A stretch of 64,000 nt of DNA from assembly GCF_028368995.1 (NCBI RefSeq), contig NZ_JAQNDL010000002.1, positions 1,472,001-1,536,000 on the forward strand, given 5' to 3'. The first letter of the stretch is position 1. Each line of letters starts with the position of its first letter. Source of the stretch: Nannocystis bainbridge. Lineage in GTDB: Bacteria; Myxococcota_A; Polyangia; Nannocystales; Nannocystaceae. Both the position numbers and the translations under genes were made by a program. The notes under the pieces were generated by a model. The model did no database searches. It saw only the letters and a program-made list of their open reading frames with translations, and was not told the DNA's origin. Shown piece by piece: positions 10,301 through 18,686 of this stretch.

Positions 10301-10595
10301 CAACACCGTCAACTACCGTCGCGGCCAGGGCATGGCGGTCGGCCCGGCGCTGGTCGAGGCCGGCCGGTTGCGGCTGCGGCCGATCATCATGACCACGGCG
10401 ACGACCGTGCTCGGCCTGTTGCCGATGGCGTACGGGGTCGGCGACGGCGCGGCCCTGCGCCAGCCGCTCGCGGTCACCGTCATCGGCGGCCTGACCGCGG
10501 CGACCCTGCTGACCCTGGTCGTGATCCCGTGCCTCTACAGCCTGCTGCCCGGCAAGCGCCAGGACGCCTGGGCCGACATGGCGGGGGAGGACTGA
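7389..10595 (+). CDS. RND efflux permease (AcrB/AcrD/AcrF family)
   Basis: RPV N-terminus, GMLVDNSIVVLE, GIVVNNAIVLV, RLRPIIMTT. Confidence 0.95.
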   Translation: MTGEARPRGMVAGAVGRPVTTTMVLVALVVFGLVALTRLPLALLPDLSYPSVTVRTEMPDAAPQEVEELLTRPVEELVSAVPGVVQVESVSREGISEVVLDFGWGTDMDRGLDDVREKLDRVALPTGVQRPVVLRYDPSQEPILRLALVSRDNMRPAELWELADRRVKRALEKIPGVAAVQIHGGDKEEVRVELDPQRLSALRVTADEVAQAIRRDNVNRPGGALSEQKSRYLLRTVHEAREPAELAEVVVRSQSGAELRLRDVAVVARVPVEREELALVAGREAVELAVYREGDANTVAVSRAVQTALPELPLGTGQSVVVLSDQAAFIESAIAEVQSNTLLGGALAVLVLLFFLRDLRATLVIAAAIPISLLVTFVPLQMLGVSLNLMSLGGLALGVGMLVDNSIVVLESIARVRERDPHGGAAATAVRGATEVAASVVASTLTTVAVFLPMAFVEGVAGRLIRDLAYTVSLSILSSMFVSLTLVPVLQSLGGGAGEGEGEPAPRSLIAWLLAPLALAFRGLRVATWSMGKVLRVLTAPFTAAYAAVEDAYPRLLRAALRWRFTVVALAVALCVLAFQQLQGLGSTLLPEIQQGEFFVQISLPQGSSLDRTAHVARRVAAAVEQDEAVAQVFARVGSMTAGDSATGTVAGTHLAQVNVRLQPGLLAPEEAALEEALMLAMAGAAADPEATLRLGRPALFSFDAPIEVRIFSEEPERAIGHALALLPDLRAIEGLADVAPDDLAGRPEVRVDFDRERLSRLNLGVDAAALAVQRAVQGEIATKMHAADRQLDVRVQLPQVDRTRAADVGKIAVAVIGDIPVTVAAVADLVEGTGPAEIRHLDGRRGLRIRARLTGEDLGTVAARVEDVLAAHDPGDGRVQAELGGQAESLGGSMKSMMFAALIAVFLIYVVMASSFESLHHPLLIMFTVPLAVVGVAWGCVLTGTPISAMVGMGAIILGGIVVNNAIVLVNTVNYRRGQGMAVGPALVEAGRLRLRPIIMTTATTVLGLLPMAYGVGDGAALRQPLAVTVIGGLTAATLLTLVVIPCLYSLLPGKRQDAWADMAGED

Positions 10596-10596
10596 C

Positions 10597-13500
10597 GTGA
10601 GCGACCATCGACCTGGCGAAGGGGACATGTCCCCGAACGCAGGTCCGATCGGACCTGGCCCCGAGGACATGTCCTCGAAGGCAGGCCCGCAGGTCAGCGG
10701 TCGAGCCAGCCTCAGCGACCTCGCGCTCGACCGCCCGGTGATGATCGGGATGCTGCTGCTGGCGATCCTGGTCCTCGGCGCGATCGCCACCGCCCGCCTG
10801 CCGCTGGCGTTCCTGCCGGCCGGCGGGACCGCGCGCGTGTCGCTGCGCATCAACCTCCAGCGCACCAGCCCGGAGCTGGTCGAGCGCGAGATCATCCGCC
10901 CGGTCGAGGAGGCGATGGCCGGGCTGCGCGGGCTGCAGCGGATCCAGGTCGGCAGCGGCGGCTGGGGCGTGCGCGTCAACCTCGAGTTCGTCGCCGGCAC
11001 CGACATCGCGGCGCGCAAGGCCGAGATCCGCGAGCGCTTCGACCGCATCCGCGGGACCCTGCCGGACGCGATCACGCGGGTCACGCTCGACTCGTGGGGC
11101 CGCTCCGACGACGCGGTGGTCAAGCTGCGCCTCGCCAGCGACAGCGACCTGACGCGCTCGTACGACCTGATCGAGCGCTACGTGGTGCGGCCGATCGAGC
11201 GCATCCCGGGGGTCTCGCGGGTCGAGCTCGAGGGCGTCGAGCCGCGCGAGCTCGAGGTGGCGCTCGACCTCGAGGCCCTGCGCCGCGCCGGTGTGTCGGC
11301 CCAGGCCGTCAGCACCGCCGTGCGCGAGGCCAGGCAGGGCCGCAGCCTCGGCGTCCTGCGCGAGGACGCGACCCAGCCCGGCGTGCGCGCGCCGCCGATC
11401 GACGCCGACCCGCAAGCGTTCGCGGCCCTGCCGGTGGCCCGCAGCCGCGGGGCCGCGGCGTCGACGACCTCCGCGGCCACCACGGCGCCGCGCACGACCG
11501 CGACGCCTGCCTCTTCGGGCATGTCCTCGGGGACAGCTTCCGCCGGGACCACGCCAGCGGTCTCGGCCACCGCGCCCCTGACGGCCCAGGGCCCGCAAGG
11601 CGTCGGCGCGCGCAGCAACACCGCCAGCGTCGGCCCGGGCGTCTACACCAGCACGCCGATCGGGTCCGGGGTCGCGCCGGCCACGGCGGCGGCGGCCGGG
11701 CAGACCAGCGCGGCCGTGCCGGCGCGGGTCGGCGAGGTCGCGCGGGTCGAGGTCCACCCGCGAGAGAACCGCAACTTCCGCAGCCTCGACGGCCGCCTCG
11801 GCGTCGACCTCTCGGTCTACGCCGACGCCGGGGCCAGCCCGGTCGACGTCGCCCAAGCCGTCAACGGGGTGGTCGAGGAGCTGCAAGCCAGCCCGCGGCT
11901 CGGCGGCATCTCGGCGGTCGTCTACCACGACCAGGGCAAGATCATCCTCAAGACGCTGGCCGACCTGCGCGACACCGGCATCTACGGCGGCGTGCTCGGG
12001 GTGGCCATGCTGTGGCTGTTCCTGCGCCGCTGGGGCGTGACGATGGTGGCCGCGCTGTGCATCCCGCTGACGATCCTGGCGACCTGCGGGGTCCTGCTGA
12101 TCCGCGGCGAGGAGCTCAACTGCATCGTCCTGCTCGGCCTCGTGCTCGGCGTCGGCATGCTGGTCGACAACGCGGTCGTCATCACCGAGGCGATCGAGCT
12201 CCAGGCCCAGCGCGGGCTGCCGGCGCGCCTGGCGGTGCGGGCCGGCGGGCGCGAGGTCGGCCTGGCGACCGTGGCGTCGACGCTGTCGAGCGTGATCGTG
12301 TTCCTGCCGCTGGTGTTCGGCGACCCGGCCAACCCGATGAGCGCGCTGCTGGCCCCGCTCGGCCTGACCTTCGCCACGGTCCTTTTGTGCAGCCTGTTCG
12401 TCAGCCAGACGCTGGTGCCGCTGATCATGCCGACGGTGCTGCGGCGCGGCGGGGTGGCCGAAGGGACAGGTCGCGGCGGACGCCTGCTCGGCCCGCTGAT
12501 CGCCGGCTACGGGCGCCTGATCGCGTTCACGCTGCGGTTCCGCCGGACCGCGCTGGTGCTCGGCCTCGGCCTCGCGGCCAGCGCCGTCATCCCGGTCCGG
12601 CTGCTGGGCTACAACCTCACCGACATCGACCCGAAGCCCGACTGGGTCGAGGTCAGCATGCAGTTCGTCGGCAGCCCCGGCTACAAGGAGATCGGCGAGC
12701 GCGTGCGCGTGGTCGAGGAGGCGATCCTGGCCAAGAAGGACGCGCTCCAGGTCACCCACGTGTCGTGCGCCTACTCCGACTTCTGGGGCCGCTGCGACGT
12801 CCACCCGATCGCCCGCGCCGCCTCCGAGGCCGACGTCGAGGCGTTCACCACCACCGTCAAGCAGGCGCTGCCCGAGCAGCCGGGCGTGCGCTACCTGGTC
12901 GGCGAGAACAACCGCGGGCACATGCGCGGCAACTCCGATCGCCACGAGGTCGAGCTGGCGATCAAGGGCGAGGACATGGGCGTGCTCATGGACCTGTCCG
13001 AAAGGGCAGCTTCGCACCTGCGCGCGACGCTGCCGCGCGGCAGCGCCGACAACCCCGAGTCGGGCGGCGTCGACACCGTGATCGGCCCCTACGACGAGGG
13101 CTCGCGCGAGCTCCACGTCCGCCTCGACGGCGCCCTGCTGCGCCGCTACGGCCTGCGCGCCGACGACGTCGCGCGCCTGATCCAGACCGCGTTCCAGGGC
13201 ACGCCGCTCGGCCAGGTGCGCAGCCCCGAGGGGCAGATCGAGCTGCGCCTGTCGGCCGGCAACGCCAGCGGCAGGGCAGGGGACGGGCCGACGCTCGAGC
13301 AGCTGCGCGACCTGCCGATCCCGCTGGCCGACGGCGGCGAGGTCACCGTCGGCAGCATCGCCTCGCTCGAGCCGACGCGCAGCCCGTTCTACATCCAGCG
13401 GCTCGACCGCGAGACCCAGGTCAAGGTCAAGGCCCGCTTCTTCACCCCCGACCCGGAGAAGAACCGCGCCGCCGTCAACAAGGCGATGGAGAGCTTCGTG

Positions 13501-14088
13501 TTCCCGACCGGCTACAGCAGCGGCGAGTGGTCGCGCTGGGGCCGGACGCAGCGGTCGAGCATGGAGGTCCTGATCGACCTCGGCCTGTGCCTGCTGCTCG
13601 TCTACGCGGTGATGGCCTCGCTGTTCGAGAGCTTCCTGCAGCCGTTCGCCATCCTCGCGACGTGCCTGCTCGGCTGCGTCGGCGCCCCGTGGCTGATGTG
13701 GTGGACCGGCACCACCGTCGACACCACGGCGATGATCGGCCTCTTTATCCTCATCGGCATCGCCGTCAACAACGGCATCATGCTGATCGACCGCGCCATC
13801 CAGCTGCGCGCCGTCGGCATGACCCGCGACCAGGCGCTCGCGGCCGCCGGCTCCGACCGCCTGCGCCCGATCTTGATGACCGCGGGTACGACGGTGCTCG
13901 GCCTGGTGCCGATGCTGATCCACCACCCCACACTCGCAGGCGTCTACTACCACGCCATCGCGCTGATCCTCGTCGGCGGACTGGCGTCGAGTACGGTCAT
14001 GACGCTGGTCTTCCTGCCGGCCACGTACAGCTTGCTCGACGACCTGGCCCGCTCGGCCCGCTCGGTGTGGCGGCGCGTGGCCAGATGA
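10597..14088 (+). CDS. Second RND efflux permease with low-complexity insertion
   Basis: GMLVDNAVVITE, GIAVNNGIMLID, RLRPILMT; A/T/S-rich insert at ~11440-11720. Confidence 0.93.
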   Translation: MSDHRPGEGDMSPNAGPIGPGPEDMSSKAGPQVSGRASLSDLALDRPVMIGMLLLAILVLGAIATARLPLAFLPAGGTARVSLRINLQRTSPELVEREIIRPVEEAMAGLRGLQRIQVGSGGWGVRVNLEFVAGTDIAARKAEIRERFDRIRGTLPDAITRVTLDSWGRSDDAVVKLRLASDSDLTRSYDLIERYVVRPIERIPGVSRVELEGVEPRELEVALDLEALRRAGVSAQAVSTAVREARQGRSLGVLREDATQPGVRAPPIDADPQAFAALPVARSRGAAASTTSAATTAPRTTATPASSGMSSGTASAGTTPAVSATAPLTAQGPQGVGARSNTASVGPGVYTSTPIGSGVAPATAAAAGQTSAAVPARVGEVARVEVHPRENRNFRSLDGRLGVDLSVYADAGASPVDVAQAVNGVVEELQASPRLGGISAVVYHDQGKIILKTLADLRDTGIYGGVLGVAMLWLFLRRWGVTMVAALCIPLTILATCGVLLIRGEELNCIVLLGLVLGVGMLVDNAVVITEAIELQAQRGLPARLAVRAGGREVGLATVASTLSSVIVFLPLVFGDPANPMSALLAPLGLTFATVLLCSLFVSQTLVPLIMPTVLRRGGVAEGTGRGGRLLGPLIAGYGRLIAFTLRFRRTALVLGLGLAASAVIPVRLLGYNLTDIDPKPDWVEVSMQFVGSPGYKEIGERVRVVEEAILAKKDALQVTHVSCAYSDFWGRCDVHPIARAASEADVEAFTTTVKQALPEQPGVRYLVGENNRGHMRGNSDRHEVELAIKGEDMGVLMDLSERAASHLRATLPRGSADNPESGGVDTVIGPYDEGSRELHVRLDGALLRRYGLRADDVARLIQTAFQGTPLGQVRSPEGQIELRLSAGNASGRAGDGPTLEQLRDLPIPLADGGEVTVGSIASLEPTRSPFYIQRLDRETQVKVKARFFTPDPEKNRAAVNKAMESFVFPTGYSSGEWSRWGRTQRSSMEVLIDLGLCLLLVYAVMASLFESFLQPFAILATCLLGCVGAPWLMWWTGTTVDTTAMIGLFILIGIAVNNGIMLIDRAIQLRAVGMTRDQALAAAGSDRLRPILMTAGTTVLGLVPMLIHHPTLAGVYYHAIALILVGGLASSTVMTLVFLPATYSLLDDLARSARSVWRRVAR
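10608..10690. repeat. 14-bp-phased array inside the N-terminal extension of the second permease (6 units)
   Basis: CCTG 10612, CATG 10626, CAGG 10640, CCTG 10654, CATG 10668, CAGG 10682. Confidence 0.85.
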
Positions 14089-14171
14089 GCGAACGCGAGA
14101 CCGCGCCCTGCGTGTGACCGCCAACGTCCGCCGGCGCGCGAAAAGCCACCCCTGACCGCGGCTCCCGCGGG

Positions 14172-15038
14172 ATGATGGCCAGGTCCATGTCCGCCTCCAG
14201 CCCCGAACCCTCGCCCGAGCTGGCCACGCTCCTCGCCGAGAACGCCGCGCTGCGCGAGCGCAACGAGCTGCTCACGGCCGTCATCCGCCACTGCCCAGCG
14301 GTGATCTTCGTCAAGGACACCGAGGGTCGGCTGTTGGTGTGCAACCAGACCTACGAGCTGCTGACCGGGGCCGGGCCCGGGGGCCTGATCGGCAAGACCG
14401 ACGCCGACATCTTCGGCCCCGAGGCCGGGGCGCAGAACCGCAGCAACGACCTCCGGGTGTGCGAGAGCGGCGTGCCGCAGGAGGTCGAGGAGCTCATCCC
14501 GCAGAGCGACGGGGTCCACGTCTATCTCTCGGTCAAGTTCCCGATCTACGACGCCCGCGGCCAGCTGTGCGGCCTCGGCGGGATCGCCACCGACATCAGC
14601 GAGCGGCGCCGGGCCGAGGAGGAGCGCAACGCGCTTCAGCAGGAGGTCATCGCCGTCCAGCGCTCGGTGCTCGCCGAGCTGTCGACCCCGATCGTGCCGA
14701 TCGCCGACAACGTGATCGCGCTGCCCTTGATCGGCACCATCGACCGCGACCGCGGCCGCGCCATCATGGAGGCGCTGCTCGAGGGCGTGGCCGAGTACCG
14801 GGCCCGCGCGGCCATCCTCGACGTCACCGGCGTGCGCTCGATCGACGCCCAGATCGCCGCCGGTCTGCTGCAGGCGGTCCACGCGGCCCGCCTGCTCGGG
14901 ACCCGCGTGATCGTCACCGGCATCCGCCCGGAGGTCGCGCAGGCGATGGTCGGCCTCGACGCCGACTGGCGCAGCGTCGAGATCTTCGCCACCATGCGCG
15001 AGGCCGTCGCCTGGGCCCTCGGCCGCGCACGGCGCTGA
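14172..15038 (+). CDS. PAS + STAS domain protein (RsbR-like)
   Basis: PAS (IFVKDTEGR...GIATDISERR), then ELSTP...LPLIGTID...ILDVTGV...TGIRPEVA. Confidence 0.92.
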   Translation: MMARSMSASSPEPSPELATLLAENAALRERNELLTAVIRHCPAVIFVKDTEGRLLVCNQTYELLTGAGPGGLIGKTDADIFGPEAGAQNRSNDLRVCESGVPQEVEELIPQSDGVHVYLSVKFPIYDARGQLCGLGGIATDISERRRAEEERNALQQEVIAVQRSVLAELSTPIVPIADNVIALPLIGTIDRDRGRAIMEALLEGVAEYRARAAILDVTGVRSIDAQIAAGLLQAVHAARLLGTRVIVTGIRPEVAQAMVGLDADWRSVEIFATMREAVAWALGRARR

Positions 15039-15043
15039 CGACG

Positions 15044-15210
15044 ATGGCATGTCCCGAAGGCCATGCTCTTCGGGACATGTACTGCAGGACATGAGCATTG
15101 CGCCATGCCCTGAAGCACATGCGTTCGAGGCCATGCTCCCGAGAACATGTGCATCGAGACATGTCCATGAGGACATGGCCTGATGGCCATGCCCTGAGGG
15201 ACATGCCACG
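15044..15210. repeat. 14-bp-phased CATG array (12 perfect-core units)
   Basis: CATG at 15048, 15062, 15076, 15090, 15104, 15118, 15132, 15146, 15160, 15174, 15188 and 15202; between convergent genes. Confidence 0.95.
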
Positions 15211-15214
15211 CACC

Positions 15215-17125
15215 TCAGTCGCGCGCGCGCGAGCGGGTGAACAGCCCGCCGAGGCCGAGCAGCAGCGACAGCCCGCCCACCGCCAGACCTGTCCCATAGG
15301 CCAGGCGCGAGCGGAGCTCGGCCGCGGCCGTCTCCGGGCGCTCGACGCTGGCGGTCAGGCGCGCCTGCAGCTGCGGGTCTTCGGGCGCCAGCTCGGCCGC
15401 GGTCGCCAGCAGCATGCGCCGGCCGTCCTCGGTGGCGGCCAGGTCGGCCTCGGCCAGCAGCGCCTGGACCCGCAGCGCGTCGGCGCGGCCCGGATCGGCC
15501 TCGTCGAGCAGCGCCGCGCTCTTGCGCCACAGGCGAGCGCCCTGCGCCAGATCGCCGGCGGCGGCGGCCTCGCTGGCGGCCTGCTCGTAGGTCGGCACCA
15601 GCTCGGCGCGGGCGCTGAGCTGCGGATCGTCGGCGAGCAGGCGATCGAGGATCGCGATCGCGGCCGCGCGATCGGGCTCGCCGAGCGCCGCCGCGATCTC
15701 GGCCCGCTCGCGCTCGCGGCGGCCGTCGTCGAGCCGCTCGAAATACGCCCGCGCCAGCCGCTCCGGCTGGGCCTCGCACACCCCGGCGAACACGCTGTCC
15801 TTCGGCGCCGAGCGGCAGTCGGGTTCGGCCAGCTCGGGCTGATGGCTGGCGATCCGACTCATGATCGCGATCCGGGCCAGGTCGCGGTACGTCAGCTGCG
15901 CCGCCGACTCGCCGGTGCCGCCGCCGACGAAGCGCAGCAGCTTGCGCTCGGCCCGCGGCGCCGGCCCGGTCACGAACGCCAGGAACGCCTCGCGCGCGGC
16001 CTCACGCACCCGCGGGATCGCGGCGTCGACGAAATCGAGCAGCGGCCCGGCCGCGTCGCCCGGGCGGACCACGGCGTAGGCCGCGATCAGATCGGCGAGC
16101 CGCGCCGGATCGTCGCCGACCGCCTGCAGCGCCTTGCGCGGGTGGGCCCGGTCCATGCGGTCGACCTGGTAGCCGGCGTACTCCGCCGTGCGATAGGCGA
16201 CCGAGTCCTTCACCACCTGCGCCTCGCCCTCGTCGGCGGGCAGGGGCGGGCGGACCGAGCGCCGCAGCAGCCCGGGCAGCGCCGGATCGCCGAGGCGGCG
16301 GATCGCTCGCCCGACCTCGTCGCGGAACGTGCTCTCGTGCAGGTACGCGGCCGCCAGCAGCGCCTCGACGACCTCGTCGGTGTGCGCCGGCACGGCCCCG
16401 ATCGAGGCCGCCGCGCGCAGCAGCGCCGCCTGGATCACGCAGTCGCGGTAGATCGGCCGCAGCACCTTCGACACCTGGCGCGACGGCAGGGCCAGCAGGT
16501 CGGTGAACCAGTCCTCCGACAGCTTGATCCCTTGGTGGCCGTGGGCCTTCTTCCACGCCAGCTCGAAGTGCCCGTAGCGGTTCGGCACGTCGCCGCCGAT
16601 CACAGCCAGCAGCGCTTTGTAGTCGGCCTTGCGGGCGCTGCGCGGCGCCAGCAGCTCGGCCCGGACCGCCGGCCACAGCTCCGGGGGCGCCGCCGCCAGC
16701 GCTCGCGCCAGCGGCCCGAGGTCGCGGTGCGGCCCGTCGCGCATCGCCGCGATCAGCCCCGCGAGCTCGTCCGCGGCCGTCGGCGGCGCGACCGGCTGGC
16801 CTTCGATACCTGGCGCATCGACCCTGTCGGAAGGTTCCTGTTCTTCGGGACCTGTCCCTTCGGACTCGCGCGGCGGCCCGGTCTTGGCCTTGGCCTTGCG
16901 CTTCGCCGGGCGGGCGGGCTCGGCGTCGTCGGCGGGCAGCTCCGCGACCGCGGCGTCGAGCTCGCGGTCGCCCAGGGCCGCGGCCTGGGCGAACCAGAGC
17001 TCGTAGCGGTCGGCCCAGGCCTGGGCCTGCAGCGTGTCGGCCGACGAGCGGGTCAGGACCACGACCTGCGGCTCACCGGCGCAGGCGGCGACCAGGGTCG
17101 AAAGGAGCAGGGCGCGCCGTGGCAT
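15215..17125 (-). CDS. Hypothetical lipoprotein, HEAT/TPR-like helical, with C-terminal TM helix
   Basis: Lipobox VAAC, Ala-rich helical repeats, C-terminal hydrophobic segment. Confidence 0.75.
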   Translation of the reverse strand: MPRRALLLSTLVAACAGEPQVVVLTRSSADTLQAQAWADRYELWFAQAAALGDRELDAAVAELPADDAEPARPAKRKAKAKTGPPRESEGTGPEEQEPSDRVDAPGIEGQPVAPPTAADELAGLIAAMRDGPHRDLGPLARALAAAPPELWPAVRAELLAPRSARKADYKALLAVIGGDVPNRYGHFELAWKKAHGHQGIKLSEDWFTDLLALPSRQVSKVLRPIYRDCVIQAALLRAAASIGAVPAHTDEVVEALLAAAYLHESTFRDEVGRAIRRLGDPALPGLLRRSVRPPLPADEGEAQVVKDSVAYRTAEYAGYQVDRMDRAHPRKALQAVGDDPARLADLIAAYAVVRPGDAAGPLLDFVDAAIPRVREAAREAFLAFVTGPAPRAERKLLRFVGGGTGESAAQLTYRDLARIAIMSRIASHQPELAEPDCRSAPKDSVFAGVCEAQPERLARAYFERLDDGRRERERAEIAAALGEPDRAAAIAILDRLLADDPQLSARAELVPTYEQAASEAAAAGDLAQGARLWRKSAALLDEADPGRADALRVQALLAEADLAATEDGRRMLLATAAELAPEDPQLQARLTASVERPETAAAELRSRLAYGTGLAVGGLSLLLGLGGLFTRSRARD

Positions 17126-17182
17126 GCGGCCTGGGTACCAAGGGCAGGGGAGATCCCCAAATTAGTCACGCCTGCCCGCGGC

Positions 17183-17530
17183 TCAGTGGAGCCGGTCTTC
17201 GGGGACAGGTGCGCCGATCTCGGGCACGAAGCGGAGGAAGCGCAGACCGGCGCCGCTGAGGGCGCGCAGGCCGTCGCTGCCGGCGTACTGGAGATAGTAG
17301 TGGTTCTGAATGCGCGCGATCGCACAGATCGCGGCTTCGTCGCCCGGCATTTGGAAGCGGATGATCACCTTCGTCCGCAGCGGCAGCGGCTCGGGCATCT
17401 CGATGAACATGCCGGACTCCGAGATGTTGCGGGCGACGCACCACTGCTCCCCCACCTCCTCCGAGAAGACCAGCACGGGGAAAACTTTGTCGATCCGCGA
17501 AGAGCCACGGCGATCCTGGGCGACACGCAT
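17183..17530 (-). CDS. PilZ domain protein
   Basis: RRGSSR (RxxxR) and NISESG (D/NxSxxG) motifs, GLRF; start trimmed to ATG 17530. Confidence 0.85.
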   Translation of the reverse strand: MRVAQDRRGSSRIDKVFPVLVFSEEVGEQWCVARNISESGMFIEMPEPLPLRTKVIIRFQMPGDEAAICAIARIQNHYYLQYAGSDGLRALSGAGLRFLRFVPEIGAPVPEDRLH

Positions 17531-17708
17531 GATCAGAGCATCGCCGGGTCGGTGCATGAACACAAATATCCTACATGTGCGCCAGGGTGAGTCAATAAAT
17601 ACGGTGCTGGAGTGTGCTTTCTGCGCGCGTGCGCGAGGTCTGGCTGGCGGACGCCCCGCGCGCTTGATTCGGCCTGCGCCATCCCCCATAAAGCCCGGAC
17701 TTTTGGCC

Positions 17709-18686
17709 ATGGAAACCGATCCCACGCCGGAGCAGCGCGACGATGTGTCCTTTCGGGCAGGTACCGTCGCGCTGTGCGGGCGGCCCAACGTCGGCAAGTC
17801 GACCCTCCTGAACGCCCTCGTGGGCAGCGACCTGGCGGTCGCTACCCGGTTCCCGCAGACCACCCGCGAGCGCTTGCTGGGCGTGTGGTCGGAGGACGGG
17901 TTTCAGGCCGTGCTGGTCGACACCCCCGGCATCCACCGCGCCAAGTCGGCGCTCAACAAATTCATGGTCGACGAGGCGCTGCGCGGGGCGAAGGCGGTCG
18001 ACCTGGTGCTGATGCTCGCCGAGGCGCCGCTGCTCGCCGACACCGCCGCCGCCGAGGAGTGGGAGCCGGGCCCGTCGGCCGCCGCCGCGCTCGCCTCGCT
18101 CGCCACCGCCGGGCGGCCGATCGCGCTGGTGCTCACCAAGTGCGACCGCATCGAGGACAAGGGGCTGCTGCTGCCGATCCTCCACAAGTGGTCGACGCTG
18201 CACCCCTTCACCGCGCTCATCCCGATCAGCGCCACCGCCGGCGAGGGCCTGAAGCAGCTGCGCGACCACGTCGTCGCCGCTCTTCCGGTCGCCGAACCGC
18301 TGTTCCCCGAGGATCAGCTGAGCGACCGCGCGATCCGCTGGCACGCCGGCGAGCGCGTGCGCGCGGCCCTGTTCGACCACCTGCGCGACGAGCTGCCGTA
18401 CTGCTGCGCCGTCACCGTCGAGTCCTTCAAGGAGCAGCGCAAGCCGCCCCGGGACATCGTCCACGCCAGCGTCCACGTCGAGCGCGACAGCCAGAAGCCG
18501 ATGGTCATCGGCCGCGGCGCCGAGACGATCAAGGCCATCTCGATGTCGGCCCGGCGGGCGATCGCCGAGCTGACCGGACGGCCATGTGAACTCTACCTCG
18601 AGGTCAAGGTGACCCCGAATTGGACCCGCGACCCGGCGCTGATGCAGCGCCTCGGCCTGCACGTGCCCGTGGGGGGCCTGTCATGA
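17709..18686 (+). CDS. era: GTPase Era
   Basis: GRPNVGKS, PQTTR, DTPG, TKCD, KH domain ERDSQKPMVIG. Confidence 0.96.
   Translation: METDPTPEQRDDVSFRAGTVALCGRPNVGKSTLLNALVGSDLAVATRFPQTTRERLLGVWSEDGFQAVLVDTPGIHRAKSALNKFMVDEALRGAKAVDLVLMLAEAPLLADTAAAEEWEPGPSAAAALASLATAGRPIALVLTKCDRIEDKGLLLPILHKWSTLHPFTALIPISATAGEGLKQLRDHVVAALPVAEPLFPEDQLSDRAIRWHAGERVRAALFDHLRDELPYCCAVTVESFKEQRKPPRDIVHASVHVERDSQKPMVIGRGAETIKAISMSARRAIAELTGRPCELYLEVKVTPNWTRDPALMQRLGLHVPVGGLS

Noticed and set aside
6522-14124. Very long antisense ORFs (1533 aa and 1214 aa here; 1345 aa at 19986-24023)
   Set aside because: Shadow ORFs on the opposite strand of clearly recognisable genes, common in high-GC DNA
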